64,000 bases of DNA from the NCBI GenBank assembly GCA_051362555.1, contig CM120646.1, forward strand, positions 19,592,001 through 19,656,000. Direction: 5' to 3'. Below, piece after piece: positions 13,278 through 25,506 of this stretch. The notes below the pieces were generated by a model, which saw only the letters and a program-made list of their open reading frames with translations, was not told the origin of the DNA and searched no databases. Within the stretch, counting starts at the first letter, position 1. Each line of letters starts with the position of its first letter. The translations under genes and the position numbers were made by a program. Source of the DNA: Lingula anatina. Lineage: Eukaryota; Animalia; Brachiopoda.

Positions 13278-14574
13278 GTAAGTGTCACTTGACCCCTGTC
13301 AGCTGGAAAACATCTGCTGAAGAAAAAGGAGTAAAATTGGATTTCCTTTTTTAAATTTAAAAGATATTTTTGTCACATGATCTGTCAAAGGTTAATTCAA
13401 ATTTAAACCAGCAGGTGCTTTGTGGGGCACAGGTCTTAATTTCCTGCATTTGTTCTTACATGAAGGGAACTTTGTTTCATTTTTTGTGTGTATTTAAGCA
13501 CGCTGCATTAGGATAAGAACAGTAGCCAGGCAGAAGTGTGAATAACCTCTCTGTTTTAACTCCCACTAACACTGTTGGTGGGAGAGAATGAAAATACCAA
13601 TGTGTAGAATGCAAAATTTGTTTGCCCCTGCTTGTTTGGTGTGCAAAGACTGGCATCTTTCTGATGTTCTGTTACTATACATTGTCTTTTTTTTAACAAC
13701 AGATAATTAAGTTCATTATAATTCTGACCAGCCCTCAAGTACATTTTTGCCCTTTATGACAACACTGCAATTTTTCTACTGGTTGTTTATTGGTTTATTG
13801 AATTCCTTCTTAATCACATTAGGAGTTAATTGAAAAAGTGTAAATATAACCAGTGGCAGGCAGCCTGGGAGACTGGGGGAACTTAATTATCTCCAACGTT
13901 TTTGACTAAAGTTTCTGGCAAAGAACAGATGCAGGTTCGGCTTGCTAATGAGCCACTGGAGGAGCAAAAGGGAAGATTTGAACTTTACTGGGAGTCAACT
14001 TGTGTTAAAATCTGTGGCAGCTGAAATTAATTCATTTCATTCTATTCTTGGAAATTTCCTCAACAGTCCAGGCATCGATAAACAGCCAATTGCTTCCAAA
14101 TTCACCTCAAGTGGGATTCAAAAGTAAATGTGTTTGCCTTATGTTGTTAGTTTTTATAGAGTGGAAGAAGGTGAAGGAGGAAGAGTGAGGATTTTTTATC
14201 ATCAGAGAAATCAGTTGATTGGAGGCAAGGAAATTTCTAACTTGTCTACTGTTAATGATTACATGAGCAGAAGAGCAGCACATTTGTTGGAGATTTACGT
14301 AAGGGTAGATTCAGGGGCAACTGTTATTGACAAACAATTTCAAGATTTATTTGAGACTTTTGAATGTAATCTGGATACCTGATATCTTTCTTGAAAGATT
14401 CTCTCTTGTTTGCCATTGGAGGCAATGTTGGGTTTGTACTTTTTAAAGAAATGAACATCTTCATTGAATCAACCAATAGCTGATGGAATGCAATTGTTGA
14501 TTGATAGATGTACATGAAAAAAACATTTTTTTTTCTCCATTGAAATTAAAATTGTATGGTGCTAGGTAAGGGAG

Positions 14575-15530
14575 ATGGAAGAATTACAGGATATTTTCCC
14601 ATCACAAAAGCAATGGGATGAACAGTTGCCTGAAGAACAGTTTCCAAAGTTTCCCCTTCACTTGCCTACAGAATTACTGATAAACTTCCCAGAGGAGAAG
14701 TCCACAAATGATGTGGCATTTGAGACCAGTTCTGGCCAGCATTCTAGAACTGGAATACAGAATACTGTGGGAACTTTTGGTGAGGGATCTCAATTTGATC
14801 ATCCTGCAGCGAAATCAACAGAGAGGAGAAAAAACAGTAGGGAGAGGCTCTGTTTGAGTCCTGCAGACAGTGAGTCTGTTGATGTCTTTTGTGACAATTG
14901 TCAGTCTGTCAGTCAGTCTCGTGCTGCAGATATGCCATTGGAACACCAGGAGTCGCAGGAGAGCAGGCATGGGGAATACCACAGTAGGTACCCACCAGTC
15001 TTTGAGCCAGTAATTACAAAGAAAACCCTGCCTTACCCCCAGTCACTGCAAGACAGACAACTGGAGCTGGGTGTGACCGGGTTTCAGGCTGTTGTAAGTG
15101 GAGAAAGCCTTCTGGACCCCCATTCTTTACTTGCCTTCAATGGCAATGACAGCCAAAGAAGGTGGAGCATGGTTGAAAAGGACCGTCGTTCATTTCTGAA
15201 ATCTTCACTCCCTCAAATAGAAAACTCCGAGGAATTTGATGCGAGAGCATTTCTGCCCAAAGCTGAGAACCCACTGCCTAATCATCTTGATGTGAACAAT
15301 GAGGCTGACAGAGAGATGAAGGTGACATACCGGAATAGTACAGCATCAACCAATTCAAGTGGATATCGGAGCATACAGGGAAGAAGTGCCGATAATGTGA
15401 CACGAAAAGGATTTTATTTTCAGCCTGAAGCTCGCCTTGTGCGTATGTACGGGTCAGCTGATGATATACTCCTAGATTTGAATGCTGAAAACAGAAATTT
15501 GGTATCTGCTAGTACTTCTTGTTCATCTCA
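14575..15530 (+). CDS. ARHGEF11: Alternative large first coding exon of the RhoGEF (318-aa low-complexity N-terminal extension)
   Basis: The stop of the 319-aa ORF falls inside a perfect donor (TCT CA|gtaagt). 956 nt is phase 2 and splices in frame to exon 17695 (CA+G=Gln, then LGSLSR). Confidence 0.75.
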
Positions 15531-17694
15531 GTAAGTACAGAGGGGCTTGGTTTCAAATAAAGACAGTGATAGGCTCTTTTTATTAGTTTTCACAACCTTT
15601 CTCCTCTCGATAAAGTTATTGAGCTCATACACTTATGTATGCAAAGATATGTACTTAACACATTTATACAATCACAAGTATAGAGATAATTGATTATAAT
15701 TATTATTAATCAATTAATTAATTAATTTTTTGTTTGTTTTTGAGGGAGAACATCAATGGATTTCATTAATGATAGCTTTTCAATACAAACATATATATGC
15801 ATTTACATGTGCACGTACACACACACTTAAAGTGAATGAAATTAATGCATGTATTTGTTTCTCTAGAATGAGATTACAGTGTTTCTAAAACTTTGATCTT
15901 GGTTCAGTTGGGTAATAACGCAGTGGCACACATTAGGCTTTTGTGCTGTTAAACACATGTCATTTTTCTTTGATCTTCTTTGATCTCTCCAATGGCATGC
16001 AATGGCCACTCAAGACATAACACTCAGTGGTTTGGAAGCTGTTGTGGATGAGATTTGCAAACAAAACTTGTCAAAAAGAAATCAAAACCCGTTGAACTCA
16101 TGAAGCACAAATTCTAAATTTACTAATTGGTCAATAAATCTATTGAAAACCAACAACGTTGAGAATTATGAATTAAGTTAATAAAGATAGATGAGAGAAG
16201 TTGTCAAACTCCTATGAATATGATGTATAAACAGAACATGCAAGTGTCACCAGATGAATCAATAACATAACTTTGGATAATCTATTAATCAACTGAAAAA
16301 AAATGGCTGTCAGCCTCCATAATACCCATGGGCGCTATTTTATGACAAATCAGTAATAGATGAACCTTGCTTGATTGGCCCAGTATCTGATTAGTCTGCT
16401 AATTAGGTTAGTTAGTTTTGAGGACACAGGATTTAATTATGCTTCATTGTCCAATATGTCCTCTCCAGTTCACTTTCAGTAGAGCCCTGGGAATCAATAG
16501 AATCCACATCATATCAGTACTGTGGTGGATTGTGTGGGTCCTGTGATGTGATGTGGAAGGCCTTGTCAGGTTAAGAAAGGCTGGGATTAACAGGTGTCAC
16601 CAACGGGGACAGGGATTATCCAGTTTAAGTAATCTCTGGGTTTGTGCTGAAGAGGTCGCCTGTGGGTAGTTGTTCTATATTATAATGCAATTTCTGGGTC
16701 AAATCTGAGTGAAGGAAGAATAAGGTTAAAGTTGGCAGTGGCATAAGGAATGAAGGACCAAATCTGGCAAAAACTATATTCTAGAACCACATTTCATCAT
16801 TTATGTAGTACTAACCTATTTGTTGTAGACCTAAATTACAGATTTTCATATAGAAAAGTTCATGCATGTACTTTTGATAAGACTGTCAGTGGTTCTGGTA
16901 TATATATTCTTTGTCAAAGCATTTAGTACAGTACATGAGATTCTTATTAATATTTTAAGGTGGAAGATTGGGTGGTCCATCTTTTCACCTGCCCTTTTCT
17001 TCAGGATTAATCACAAGTCACATTTGGCTTTTTCACTGTAAACTGGAGGCAGCCTGCAGCTAAAATATTGGCAAAGACTTCTTTCTTCAACTTTGGAGTC
17101 TGCTTCTTTGAAAAACACCAGAGCAAGGCCAATGCACTTTCTGTAAAACAGGAATGTCAAATGTTAAAATGTTTTTAGGGAAATTATGCAAGGCAATTAG
17201 AGCGTGTTACCTGAGATGAACCAACATGAGTCTTGCTTGTGGTATTAGTATTAGTTGTGGTTAATCTTGGGAATGGCAGCATCCAGTGTACATTTTTCTG
17301 TGAATCTCCCATTTTGTTTCAAAGAAAACAGCTTGCTCTATTAGCACTGGAATCTGAAGCTTGCAGAGCATCAAATAAAGTGATGTTGCCAATGTTATCT
17401 GGTGTTTTATTTTCTGGACATTTGGCAACTAAAAAGCTTTGGAATCTTGTGAAGTTGTCACTGTGAATTTTTCATACCCTCGTTGGTTTGTGAATGCTTA
17501 TAAACAATTCCACATTTTTAGAATATGTTTTATTGTATTTTATTATTCATCATTGTTAGACAAATTAACCCTGTGTGGATTCACACCATATATTTTACTT
17601 CTTATTAAAGTGTAAGTACAAGAAATGGCATGATAAATGTGTACTTAGCACCATCTTACCTGTGTCAGTATCGTCACTGTGTTTTATTTTCCAG

Positions 17695-17780
17695 GCTGGG
17701 AAGTTTGAGTCGAGACTCCAGCAAAGAGGACCTGAAGCCACCTCAACCAGACAAAATTATAGACACAACAGATTCTCAAG
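17695..17780 (+). CDS. ARHGEF11: RhoGEF exon 2
   Basis: ttttccag acceptor; LGSLSRDSSKEDLKPPQPDKIIDTTDSQ; phase 2->1; AAG|gtaat donor. Confidence 0.85.
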
Positions 17781-17819
17781 GTAATGGCAGCAGCTTTCCA
17801 CTGGCACTGATCTATCAAT

Positions 17820-17994
17820 GGCCCCATTCAGAATAGGGGACTAACTAGTCAGAGGGTCAAATATAGCGACCCAGTAAAAAGCTTGCCGTCCAGTTCGCTG
17901 ATAGACACTGAATAGATATTCCTTGGGGAAGTTTTCAAGTGGGTCGGCCATATTTGACCCTCGGACTAGTTAGTCTTCTATTCTGAATGGGGCC
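17820..17994. mobile_element. MITE family A copy 1 (about 54-bp terminal inverted repeats starting GGCCCCATTCAGAATAG)
   Basis: Left arm ggccccattcagaataggggactaactagtcagagggtcaaatatag; right arm reverse complement ggccccattcagaatagaagactaactagtccgagggtcaaatatgg. Related copies at about 41914 and 62050. Confidence 0.8.
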
Positions 17995-18731
17995 TATCAT
18001 AAAACCTGGATGTGTCCAGGCACAAACATATAACACAAGCCCATATGGGCCTAGACAATGTCACAAGTCAGATGTGGTAACTAAATTTAATCTATAAATT
18101 AGCAGGAGCAGTTCAGATTGTATGTCTCTTTAAAGCCATCATTACACAGCATCAGTTTAGCTGTTCTCCACATAATCTTAGAATTCCTGGTTAATTCATT
18201 ACATGGTCTGGTGAAACTTTCAAGACTGTATGATTGCACCTGCTGTCACACCTAACACAATCTCCAGTCACAGAAATGATTGGGAACTGTTTTGGTTTGG
18301 AAAGCATTAGGATGGGAGACTCAGACCTGTCAATATCTTATCAAATAGGATGATGTATGCATTTTAGAAGCATTTTAATGCATGGACTAGAAACAATGTG
18401 CCCTACATATTTTATACATATAGAAGTAAACTTAGACAAGCAGTGCTCAACAGTGCAATATAAATTTTGCTGCACAGGCCAAGCAAGCACTTATCACACC
18501 TAGCATTGGCTTTATGCAGCTAGACTGACCTCATCTACTGCATTATATTATGTCATAGTCAACTAATACAATTTTAACCAAATCAATAGTGAAGTGGCAG
18601 AATTATTAGATAGTTTTCATTTTCTTTAGCCAGAGCACACCTCTTATGCAGAATTTAGTGCAAAATGTCAGAATGTTTAGTCTGTTGCATGTGTTGCCCC
18701 CCAATTTGAAATGTTTGTGTTTGTGTTGCAG

Positions 18732-18836
18732 GAGAACAGTTAATCCAGCGCTGTGTGATAATACAGAGAGATGAGAAGGGCTATGGTCTGACCGTCAGTG
18801 GAGACAACCCAGTGTTTGTCCAGTCTGTCAAAGACA
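18732..18836 (+). CDS. ARHGEF11: RhoGEF exon 3 (PDZ start)
   Basis: EQLIQRCVIIQRDEKGYGLTVSGDNPVFVQSVKD, the PDZ of LARG/PDZ-RhoGEF (QRCVIIQKD...TVSGDNPVFVQSVK); phase 1->1. Confidence 0.97.
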
Positions 18837-19260
18837 GTAAGTAATGTGCCACTAACATTGAGTGCCATATGTCGCATTCATAAACGTCATATCATACACA
18901 TATACCTGTTATTTATAACAACATAAAATTATACTTGTGTGTAGTCTGTGTATGTAGTTCTCTTTGAAGTGAATGTGCCGATCATTGTCACCAAGAAGTA
19001 AAAAAAAAAGTGATTTTTATGTACATTATTTTGAATTCGTTAAAGATCATTTAAATTTCTGTTCATTTGTTATATTAATTTTCTGTACTGTTTTTGATAT
19101 TTTTTTAACATTTGCAAGCTCAAATGGCAGGGTAGAACTTAATTTAGAGAGCTTAATGAATCTGCTGAAAGTTCTCAGGTCAGGGAAGAAGCACAATAGA
19201 TCCTTGTACAAACTTTGGAGTAATGAAGTGGTCTAATAAAGTTTGTGTTTTCTCCACCAG

Positions 19261-19310
19261 ATGGTGCTGCTGCCAGGGCCGGGGTTCAGCAAGGGGACAG
19301 AATTATAAAG
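19261..19310 (+). CDS. ARHGEF11: RhoGEF exon 4 (PDZ)
   Basis: NGAAARAGVQQGDRIIK; phase 1->0; AAG|gtaagc donor. Confidence 0.97.
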
Positions 19311-20475
19311 GTAAGCTACTGATATGATCACATGTAAAAAGGGGAAGGTTAGTTTGTGGATGGGGGTGAGCCATTTCTTCTCCTTTTCTCCTTAAGCTTC
19401 TTAATTACTTTTTTATGCAAATTTTTAAAAAATTTATTTTACTGAAAATATGTTATATATACAACTTTTTTAATTGACACAGATTCTATATGAGAAATGA
19501 TAACACTGCATTTTCTGTCAACATGTTACCCCACCCCCAAACAATGCACACCACTCCCAAAAAAGAAAAAAAGGGCATATTTTTTGTCACTATATTTTAT
19601 CAGCCCAAGGATAGAGGAAAGCATTTCTTTTAGACAATTAAAAAATGCCCATGGTACAAGATAAAAGGCCTCAGTAATATTTAGTCTTAGGGTCAAAGAT
19701 AATTAATTTTAATTAGAATGCACTTAACTCAGTGGAAGATGTTTCAAGAGTAATTATTAATTCTCATTTGATGACTAGTATCTGCAGGATGTAATAAACT
19801 TAATTAAGGAGAGGATGAAAGATTCAAGAAACATTTTATTGTCATAAACATCAGGCCTTAAATGACATAGATTTTATATTTTATGCAAGAAAGATATAAT
19901 GATTAATTACACCATTGACTTGTTATTAAAAATGTTGTTTTATTCCTTTGATTTACCTTGCTGAACTGATTGAAATAACTTTTATGTGCATTCTGTAGTC
20001 TTTCAGCAAATTTTATTTCAATAATTACCAGTATGCTTCATGAAACATTAACAGTTGTTAGTCTTTCTTGTCATCTATGATTTAGTTCTCAGTGCTTACA
20101 TAGGCTAAGTAGGTCATATTAATATACTCTACTCAACAGCCTTATGAGTGGTTGCCATGTGGAGTCAGGTCGCTAATGGCAATAATCATCATCTTAGCAA
20201 AAATTACCGAAAGTGCCACTGATTTGTTCCGACTTCTTTGCAGCTCATGACAATATATTTGATACAGAGTGTTCACAGTTCTTATTTATGAACTGTTAAT
20301 AGATTATACTCATTGGTTATAGGTACTAGGTATGAAAAATGCAGCCAGCCTGTTATTTGTATAGTTATCCAAAGATTTACTGTGAAGCAGAGATATAAAT
20401 GGGTGAACTTGTATTCAGGTTGAAGCCTTGTTATACCATATATACGAAGTTCGTTTGGCATTTACAATCCTTATA

Positions 20476-23400
20476 TTACATCATTTGTGGGATCCAGGTG
20501 TGATAGCAGCTCCTACATTCAACAGGTACAATATCCACTTTCACTTTCACTCCATATTCTTCTCCATCACCCCCACTGCCGTCACGGCCCCCATTATCAC
20601 CCGTCTCCACAGGCTCCAGTAGCTCGTATGTATATGACTGCTGCTCATAGTGCCACCTGTACTCTAAATGGCGGTGGTAGTTCTCCCCGCGGCTGTCAAA
20701 GTTGTATTTATGACAGTTCTCCAGAGAGACTGGATGCAGCTCTGGCTGTAGCGTTAGGGTCTCCCTGTGGCGGGTGGGGAGGGAGACCCAGATGTCTTGC
20801 CCGTTGACAGGACTGGCTATTGTAATGGAGGATGAGAAGTTGAGACCCGTGGTTTTGCTCTTATTGGCAGTGTTTACATTAGGTTTGTTATTTCCATGGC
20901 TTCTTAAAAAACTTTTGTTAGTTTCAAGATTTATGACTTTCTCTTTGTTCTGCAAAATACTGTTGGTGAAATCGTTGCGGTATGGGAAGCCATTGGTGCC
21001 AAGATACCTGCTGTTTGTCCTGGGAGGTTCTTGATTATGTCCATGTTTGTTGACATGAGGACCATCTCTGTGGATGGGGGGGATTGGATCTGGTTGCCCA
21101 TTATGATAGCTGAGGGCACCAGAATTGGCAATGGGAAAACCTCCATTTTCAGACTTATTCACAGCATTTGCTGTTGTTTTGTGAGACATACCTGACTGCT
21201 GTTTATTCTGTCCCCTGTATGTAGTATTCTGTGCAATCGATGGTTCCGAATTGGAGCTATTTCCTCTCATTGTTGAAGCAGAATGAGACTTGCGTGCTTG
21301 CCTTGCTCCCATTGGCAAATTTTCATTACTATTATTATTATTAAAGAGATTTTCATTGTATCTGGAATGTCCGTTTTTGTATGTTTCCAGACCATTTCTG
21401 GTATTTACGTTATTCTGACCCAGATGATTGTCAGATGCTGGTGAGTTGGTGGCAAGAGGTTTCAATTCGTGCCTCGTCTTCTTTGTGCTAGTGGTACTGC
21501 CACTGGCTTGATTTGACTTCTTTTCCCTGTCATAAAGATAATCAAGCAAAGTATCACCAGCATTATAGGTGAAGCTCCTTCTTGGAGACCTGCCTCTCTG
21601 CTTTGTTAATGTGGGATTCACAGGGTGTAGTCCTTCACTGATGTCTGTATTATGCCTACTCCTAGCCTTAAATCCTGTGTTCTCTCTGGCCTGAATATCC
21701 ATGGTGGTTTCAACCCTGTAGACTTTCCACCGTCTCTCAGTATACACTGGCGTGTAGACTAATCTAGTTGGTCTCCTCACTCGTGATATACTAACTGGGC
21801 GTGTGTGTTTGCCTGCCAGCTGTGGCTTGATAGGATGAACAACGTCAATGGTAACACCTTGGAGAATTGTCAGATCTGAACGTCTCAGTTGATGATGTTG
21901 TCTGTTCCGCAACAGCTTGTCATTGATGTAAATATGCAGGTTTACCACACATTGGCTTAGTGACGGCAATGAGGAGGCCATTTGGTGATGGGCAGTTTCA
22001 CCCCAGCTGTGGTCATTTATGGTTTTGGTGTGTGATTGGTGCCCATTGGTAGTTTTCTCCCTGATCACTGTGTCCACACAGCTGTCTGTGGTAAGTCTGT
22101 GCCCTCTGTGGATGTATGTCCGCATGTTACTGCTGATGCCGCAGTGTGATGCTTGCTTGTAGTTTGTATGTACACTGGTGTCTACCTGGCAACAGATGTC
22201 TGGGATGTGGAGGCTGCTGGACCCCCTCAGATTGGAGGAGACGCCACTGAGATTACAAAGAAGATGGTCGTCATTCAACGCTAAGCTACCGGTAATGTTA
22301 TCAGATGTTGTACCTTGTAAAATGTGCACTGTGTTCCTTGGTCTTTGTTGGTCGACACAGGTGAATAACTGCTCTGAAGAGTGGACCTGAACTGTGTCCT
22401 TTTGCTTGGCTGACAACTTTGCTGTGTCTCTATCACAAAGCTGGGAAGGACAGTTGTTATTCCTATTACCCAAAGTTGATGTCCTCCCTGGAGGCCCTTG
22501 AAGGACTGCGTTGTCTTTAAGTGGCATCACCTTATGGGGAAAAGTTGTTGACAAACGAACTGGGCTTTGAGGTGATGACCTTTGTTTGTGAGGAACAACT
22601 TTTTGTCTAGTAGTCCTCTGGAATGTGGAGGTTTCATGGTTCCTCCAGGCACAGCTAGGGGGCACAATCTGGTTTAGGTGCCTAGGTGTAGAGTTACTGG
22701 CACATTGGTACCGAGGTTTATATGGGCTGATTTGACTTTGAGGCGTTGGCTGGCTTGGATTCAAGTTCTCTGGAGGGCGTGTTGTTTTGGTAGTTCTATA
22801 GAAATGTGTACTATACAAGTTTGTACCTGTCACCTTGTTTAATGAGGTACCTTGTGTCTCCTCATTATTGCTGGAAATGGAGTTGTGATTGTTGTTATTG
22901 ATATCATCAGAGTTACTGTGACTTTGGTATTTGACTTCGTTTGCCTTTTCGGTTTTCATAGCAGTTATCTGGTTGTTGATGGTTTGACCTGGATTGTTTC
23001 TATCCATGGTGTTGTTAGCACTACTGCCTCTGCTGTTGTCAGAAAATTGGTCTCTCTTTCTTGTTGTAAACTGAACCTTATAGGTTTTACCAGCTGATTT
23101 TTTGCTTGGAATTTTTGCAAAGGCAATTTTTTCTCTGTTGTGATCAGAAATTTGACCCATATTGTTTGTAACACCTGTTGCAATATCACTTTCTCCATAC
23201 TTGGCTACATGAGAAACACAACCCTTTTTGTTTTTGTTATGAATTATTTGATGTCTGCCATAGTCTTTTAGCTGCCTGATATTGTTGGTGTCATTAGGCA
23301 GGCTGTCAAATGGCAATGTGTCACATGAGATAGTGTCACATGTACCTTGAGTGTCTTCTGGTAGTATGTCACTTGGCAGAATGTCACATGTACCTAGAGT

Positions 23401-23583
23401 GTCACATTGTGCCCCTGTCTCAGGCACTGGTGACATTGCCCACCTGTAGGAATTATACAGTTCTTCAAAGCTGTCATCATCATCATCATAGTCACTGTTG
23501 TCCCCTCTAGATCTGATGTGCTCGACAGAGGAGGTGTAGGTTTCTTGGATAAAATCATCCAGTTTGTCCGTCTGGGTATCCAT
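20476..23583 (-). CDS. Nested antisense 1035-aa hypothetical protein (Ser/Thr/Asn/His-rich, largely disordered) within RhoGEF intron 4
   Basis: 3.1-kb uninterrupted ORF in AT-rich DNA. I recognise no RT, transposase or other domain. AATAAA signals lie on the minus strand downstream (20012-20017, 19939-19944, 19835-19840). A possible acceptor at 23649 would extend the exon. Confidence 0.8.
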   Translation of the reverse strand: MDTQTDKLDDFIQETYTSSVEHIRSRGDNSDYDDDDDSFEELYNSYRWAMSPVPETGAQCDTLGTCDILPSDILPEDTQGTCDTISCDTLPFDSLPNDTNNIRQLKDYGRHQIIHNKNKKGCVSHVAKYGESDIATGVTNNMGQISDHNREKIAFAKIPSKKSAGKTYKVQFTTRKRDQFSDNSRGSSANNTMDRNNPGQTINNQITAMKTEKANEVKYQSHSNSDDINNNNHNSISSNNEETQGTSLNKVTGTNLYSTHFYRTTKTTRPPENLNPSQPTPQSQISPYKPRYQCASNSTPRHLNQIVPPSCAWRNHETSTFQRTTRQKVVPHKQRSSPQSPVRLSTTFPHKVMPLKDNAVLQGPPGRTSTLGNRNNNCPSQLCDRDTAKLSAKQKDTVQVHSSEQLFTCVDQQRPRNTVHILQGTTSDNITGSLALNDDHLLCNLSGVSSNLRGSSSLHIPDICCQVDTSVHTNYKQASHCGISSNMRTYIHRGHRLTTDSCVDTVIREKTTNGHQSHTKTINDHSWGETAHHQMASSLPSLSQCVVNLHIYINDKLLRNRQHHQLRRSDLTILQGVTIDVVHPIKPQLAGKHTRPVSISRVRRPTRLVYTPVYTERRWKVYRVETTMDIQARENTGFKARSRHNTDISEGLHPVNPTLTKQRGRSPRRSFTYNAGDTLLDYLYDREKKSNQASGSTTSTKKTRHELKPLATNSPASDNHLGQNNVNTRNGLETYKNGHSRYNENLFNNNNSNENLPMGARQARKSHSASTMRGNSSNSEPSIAQNTTYRGQNKQQSGMSHKTTANAVNKSENGGFPIANSGALSYHNGQPDPIPPIHRDGPHVNKHGHNQEPPRTNSRYLGTNGFPYRNDFTNSILQNKEKVINLETNKSFLRSHGNNKPNVNTANKSKTTGLNFSSSITIASPVNGQDIWVSLPTRHRETLTLQPELHPVSLENCHKYNFDSRGENYHRHLEYRWHYEQQSYTYELLEPVETGDNGGRDGSGGDGEEYGVKVKVDIVPVECRSCYHTWIPQMM

Positions 23584-25252
23584 GTCAGATATCTTGTCTC
23601 TTTGATATTCTTCAGAATGTTTACACCTTAGTGTCTCCTTTTTGCCGTCTGTTTACAGTTGACAGCGAAGTTAGAATTCTCCAATGAAAATTGTTGGTGG
23701 TGCAAAATTAGGAAATGAATTATGTGTAACCAGTGTCCAGACAAGGGGTATCAAGCGATCAAATTTTTTTCAGTTTTGAACCATTTAAATTTTTTTCAGT
23801 CTGGAACCATTTTCATGTTTGTCTCAAAAGAAGCTTAGACTTATATCCATGATGAATACCACCACGATCTATATAAATAGATATAATGTATAGATGGATG
23901 CTGTGATGAGTCTCTTGAGTTAATGGTCCTCCTTTGAAGTGGTATTTTAGTACAGTTTTCCTTTAGATTACCTTTCCTTACCTCCAAACATTTTGTCTTA
24001 TTGACCAACTGTTGTGCAGTCACTCACTTATGATGTTGTAAGTTATGTTTTTCACAGCTGTTTTTCTGTTCCTGCCCAGCCTATATTGACACAACCATAT
24101 ATACAAAAGTAACAATCTTATACCCCCAACACTTAAGCTGCATAAGTTTATACATTCCTATACCATGGTCTACCGATACTGGGCCCTTGACATGGATTGT
24201 TTCATCATAACCAAGGTGGAGGTCCTTGGCAAGGGAAGCATAACCAAAAGGACAGATATGTATTCAGGTTTTGGGGCAAACCTGTGATTTCGAGGCCACT
24301 GTTCTGCACTGTAACTTATATAATGGTAGAGGAGGGGCTGTTAACTTAGGAGTGACATACTTTGGAGAACAGAGACACAAAAAGGGTGGTGATATCTGAT
24401 AGGGCCATGTGGGTGACACGAGAGGGTGATTTTCCTGAAAATCAGGGGCTGCTCTGGGCTTTGGGTGTATTTTGTTACACTGTTAATATCTACCTGGCCT
24501 ATTTGTGCCTTTGCAAGAATGGTTTTGAAAGAAACATGCTGATACAATTCTGAATAGTTTTTTATAAGAGACTACAAGGGATTACTGCAGTAAATAAAAA
24601 ATTAATTTTGATGTATTAAGTTGCCCTCCTGACAAAACACAAGAGTTAATCGAGGTAATGGTATGCTTATAAATAAGTTGTATCAATTCATATTTTTGGT
24701 TAATTCAGTTCAATTTATTTATGTACCAATACATGCTTCAATGCTAAGTACCCTTAACTAAAATAATTTTTAATGATTACAGCAGCTTTCATTGTTTTTA
24801 TGGTATTATGTTTCACTATTGCTTGTTATTTTTAGTACAATAAGAAATCAAATTTCTCTTCCTTTTCAAAATCATTTCAAGGAAAAAATGGACATTAATG
24901 CCACTTTTACTTTCACATTTTTGGGGGCGTGTTCTTTTAGTTGTACATCATTTCCACTATCATCATATTGGGTATTAAATGTGTGCTTTAGGATGTATGT
25001 CATCTAAACGTTAGATATTTGGTCAACAACCTTTAATCTCTGTTTGAATTTATACTTGTCTTTTTTTCTTGTCATCAGTCATACAGATATGCATATAATT
25101 TGACATTGATGTACTCTTATCATATGATCTATATACATTCAGCTGTCTCTGTTGCTTACTGATTGTGCTAGTTGAGACAATTGTGTGATGATACTTCTCT
25201 AACACAATCACAATCTCCTCACTGCTGACATGTTTGTGGTCCTCTTTTCCAG

Positions 25253-25310
25253 GTGAATGGGACCCTAGTTACAAATTCCAACCACATAGAAGTGGTCAAA
25301 TTAATCAAAG
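25253..25310 (+). CDS. ARHGEF11: RhoGEF exon 5 (PDZ)
   Basis: VNGTLVTNSNHIEVVKLIK; phase 0->1; AAG|gtaag donor. Confidence 0.97.
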
Positions 25311-25452
25311 GTAAGGACTTGCTTTCTCCCTTTTGATAAATTATATAACTCGTGTAGATCTTGGCATAGATTATGTTGTGATACAAGGGAGGTAGAGAAA
25401 AGAATAAAAAGTGGCAAAAGCTATGTAATTAGAAAAGCATGATTATAAACTT

Positions 25453-25455
<3 letters not shown>

Positions 25456-25503
<48 letters not shown>
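25456..25503. repeat. (GT)n microsatellite
   Basis: Directly visible. Confidence 0.95.

Positions 25504-25506
<3 letters not shown>

Noticed and set aside
20428-23198. Short ORFs overlapping the 1035-aa ORF
   Set aside because: Alternate-frame or antisense shadows of the long ORF.
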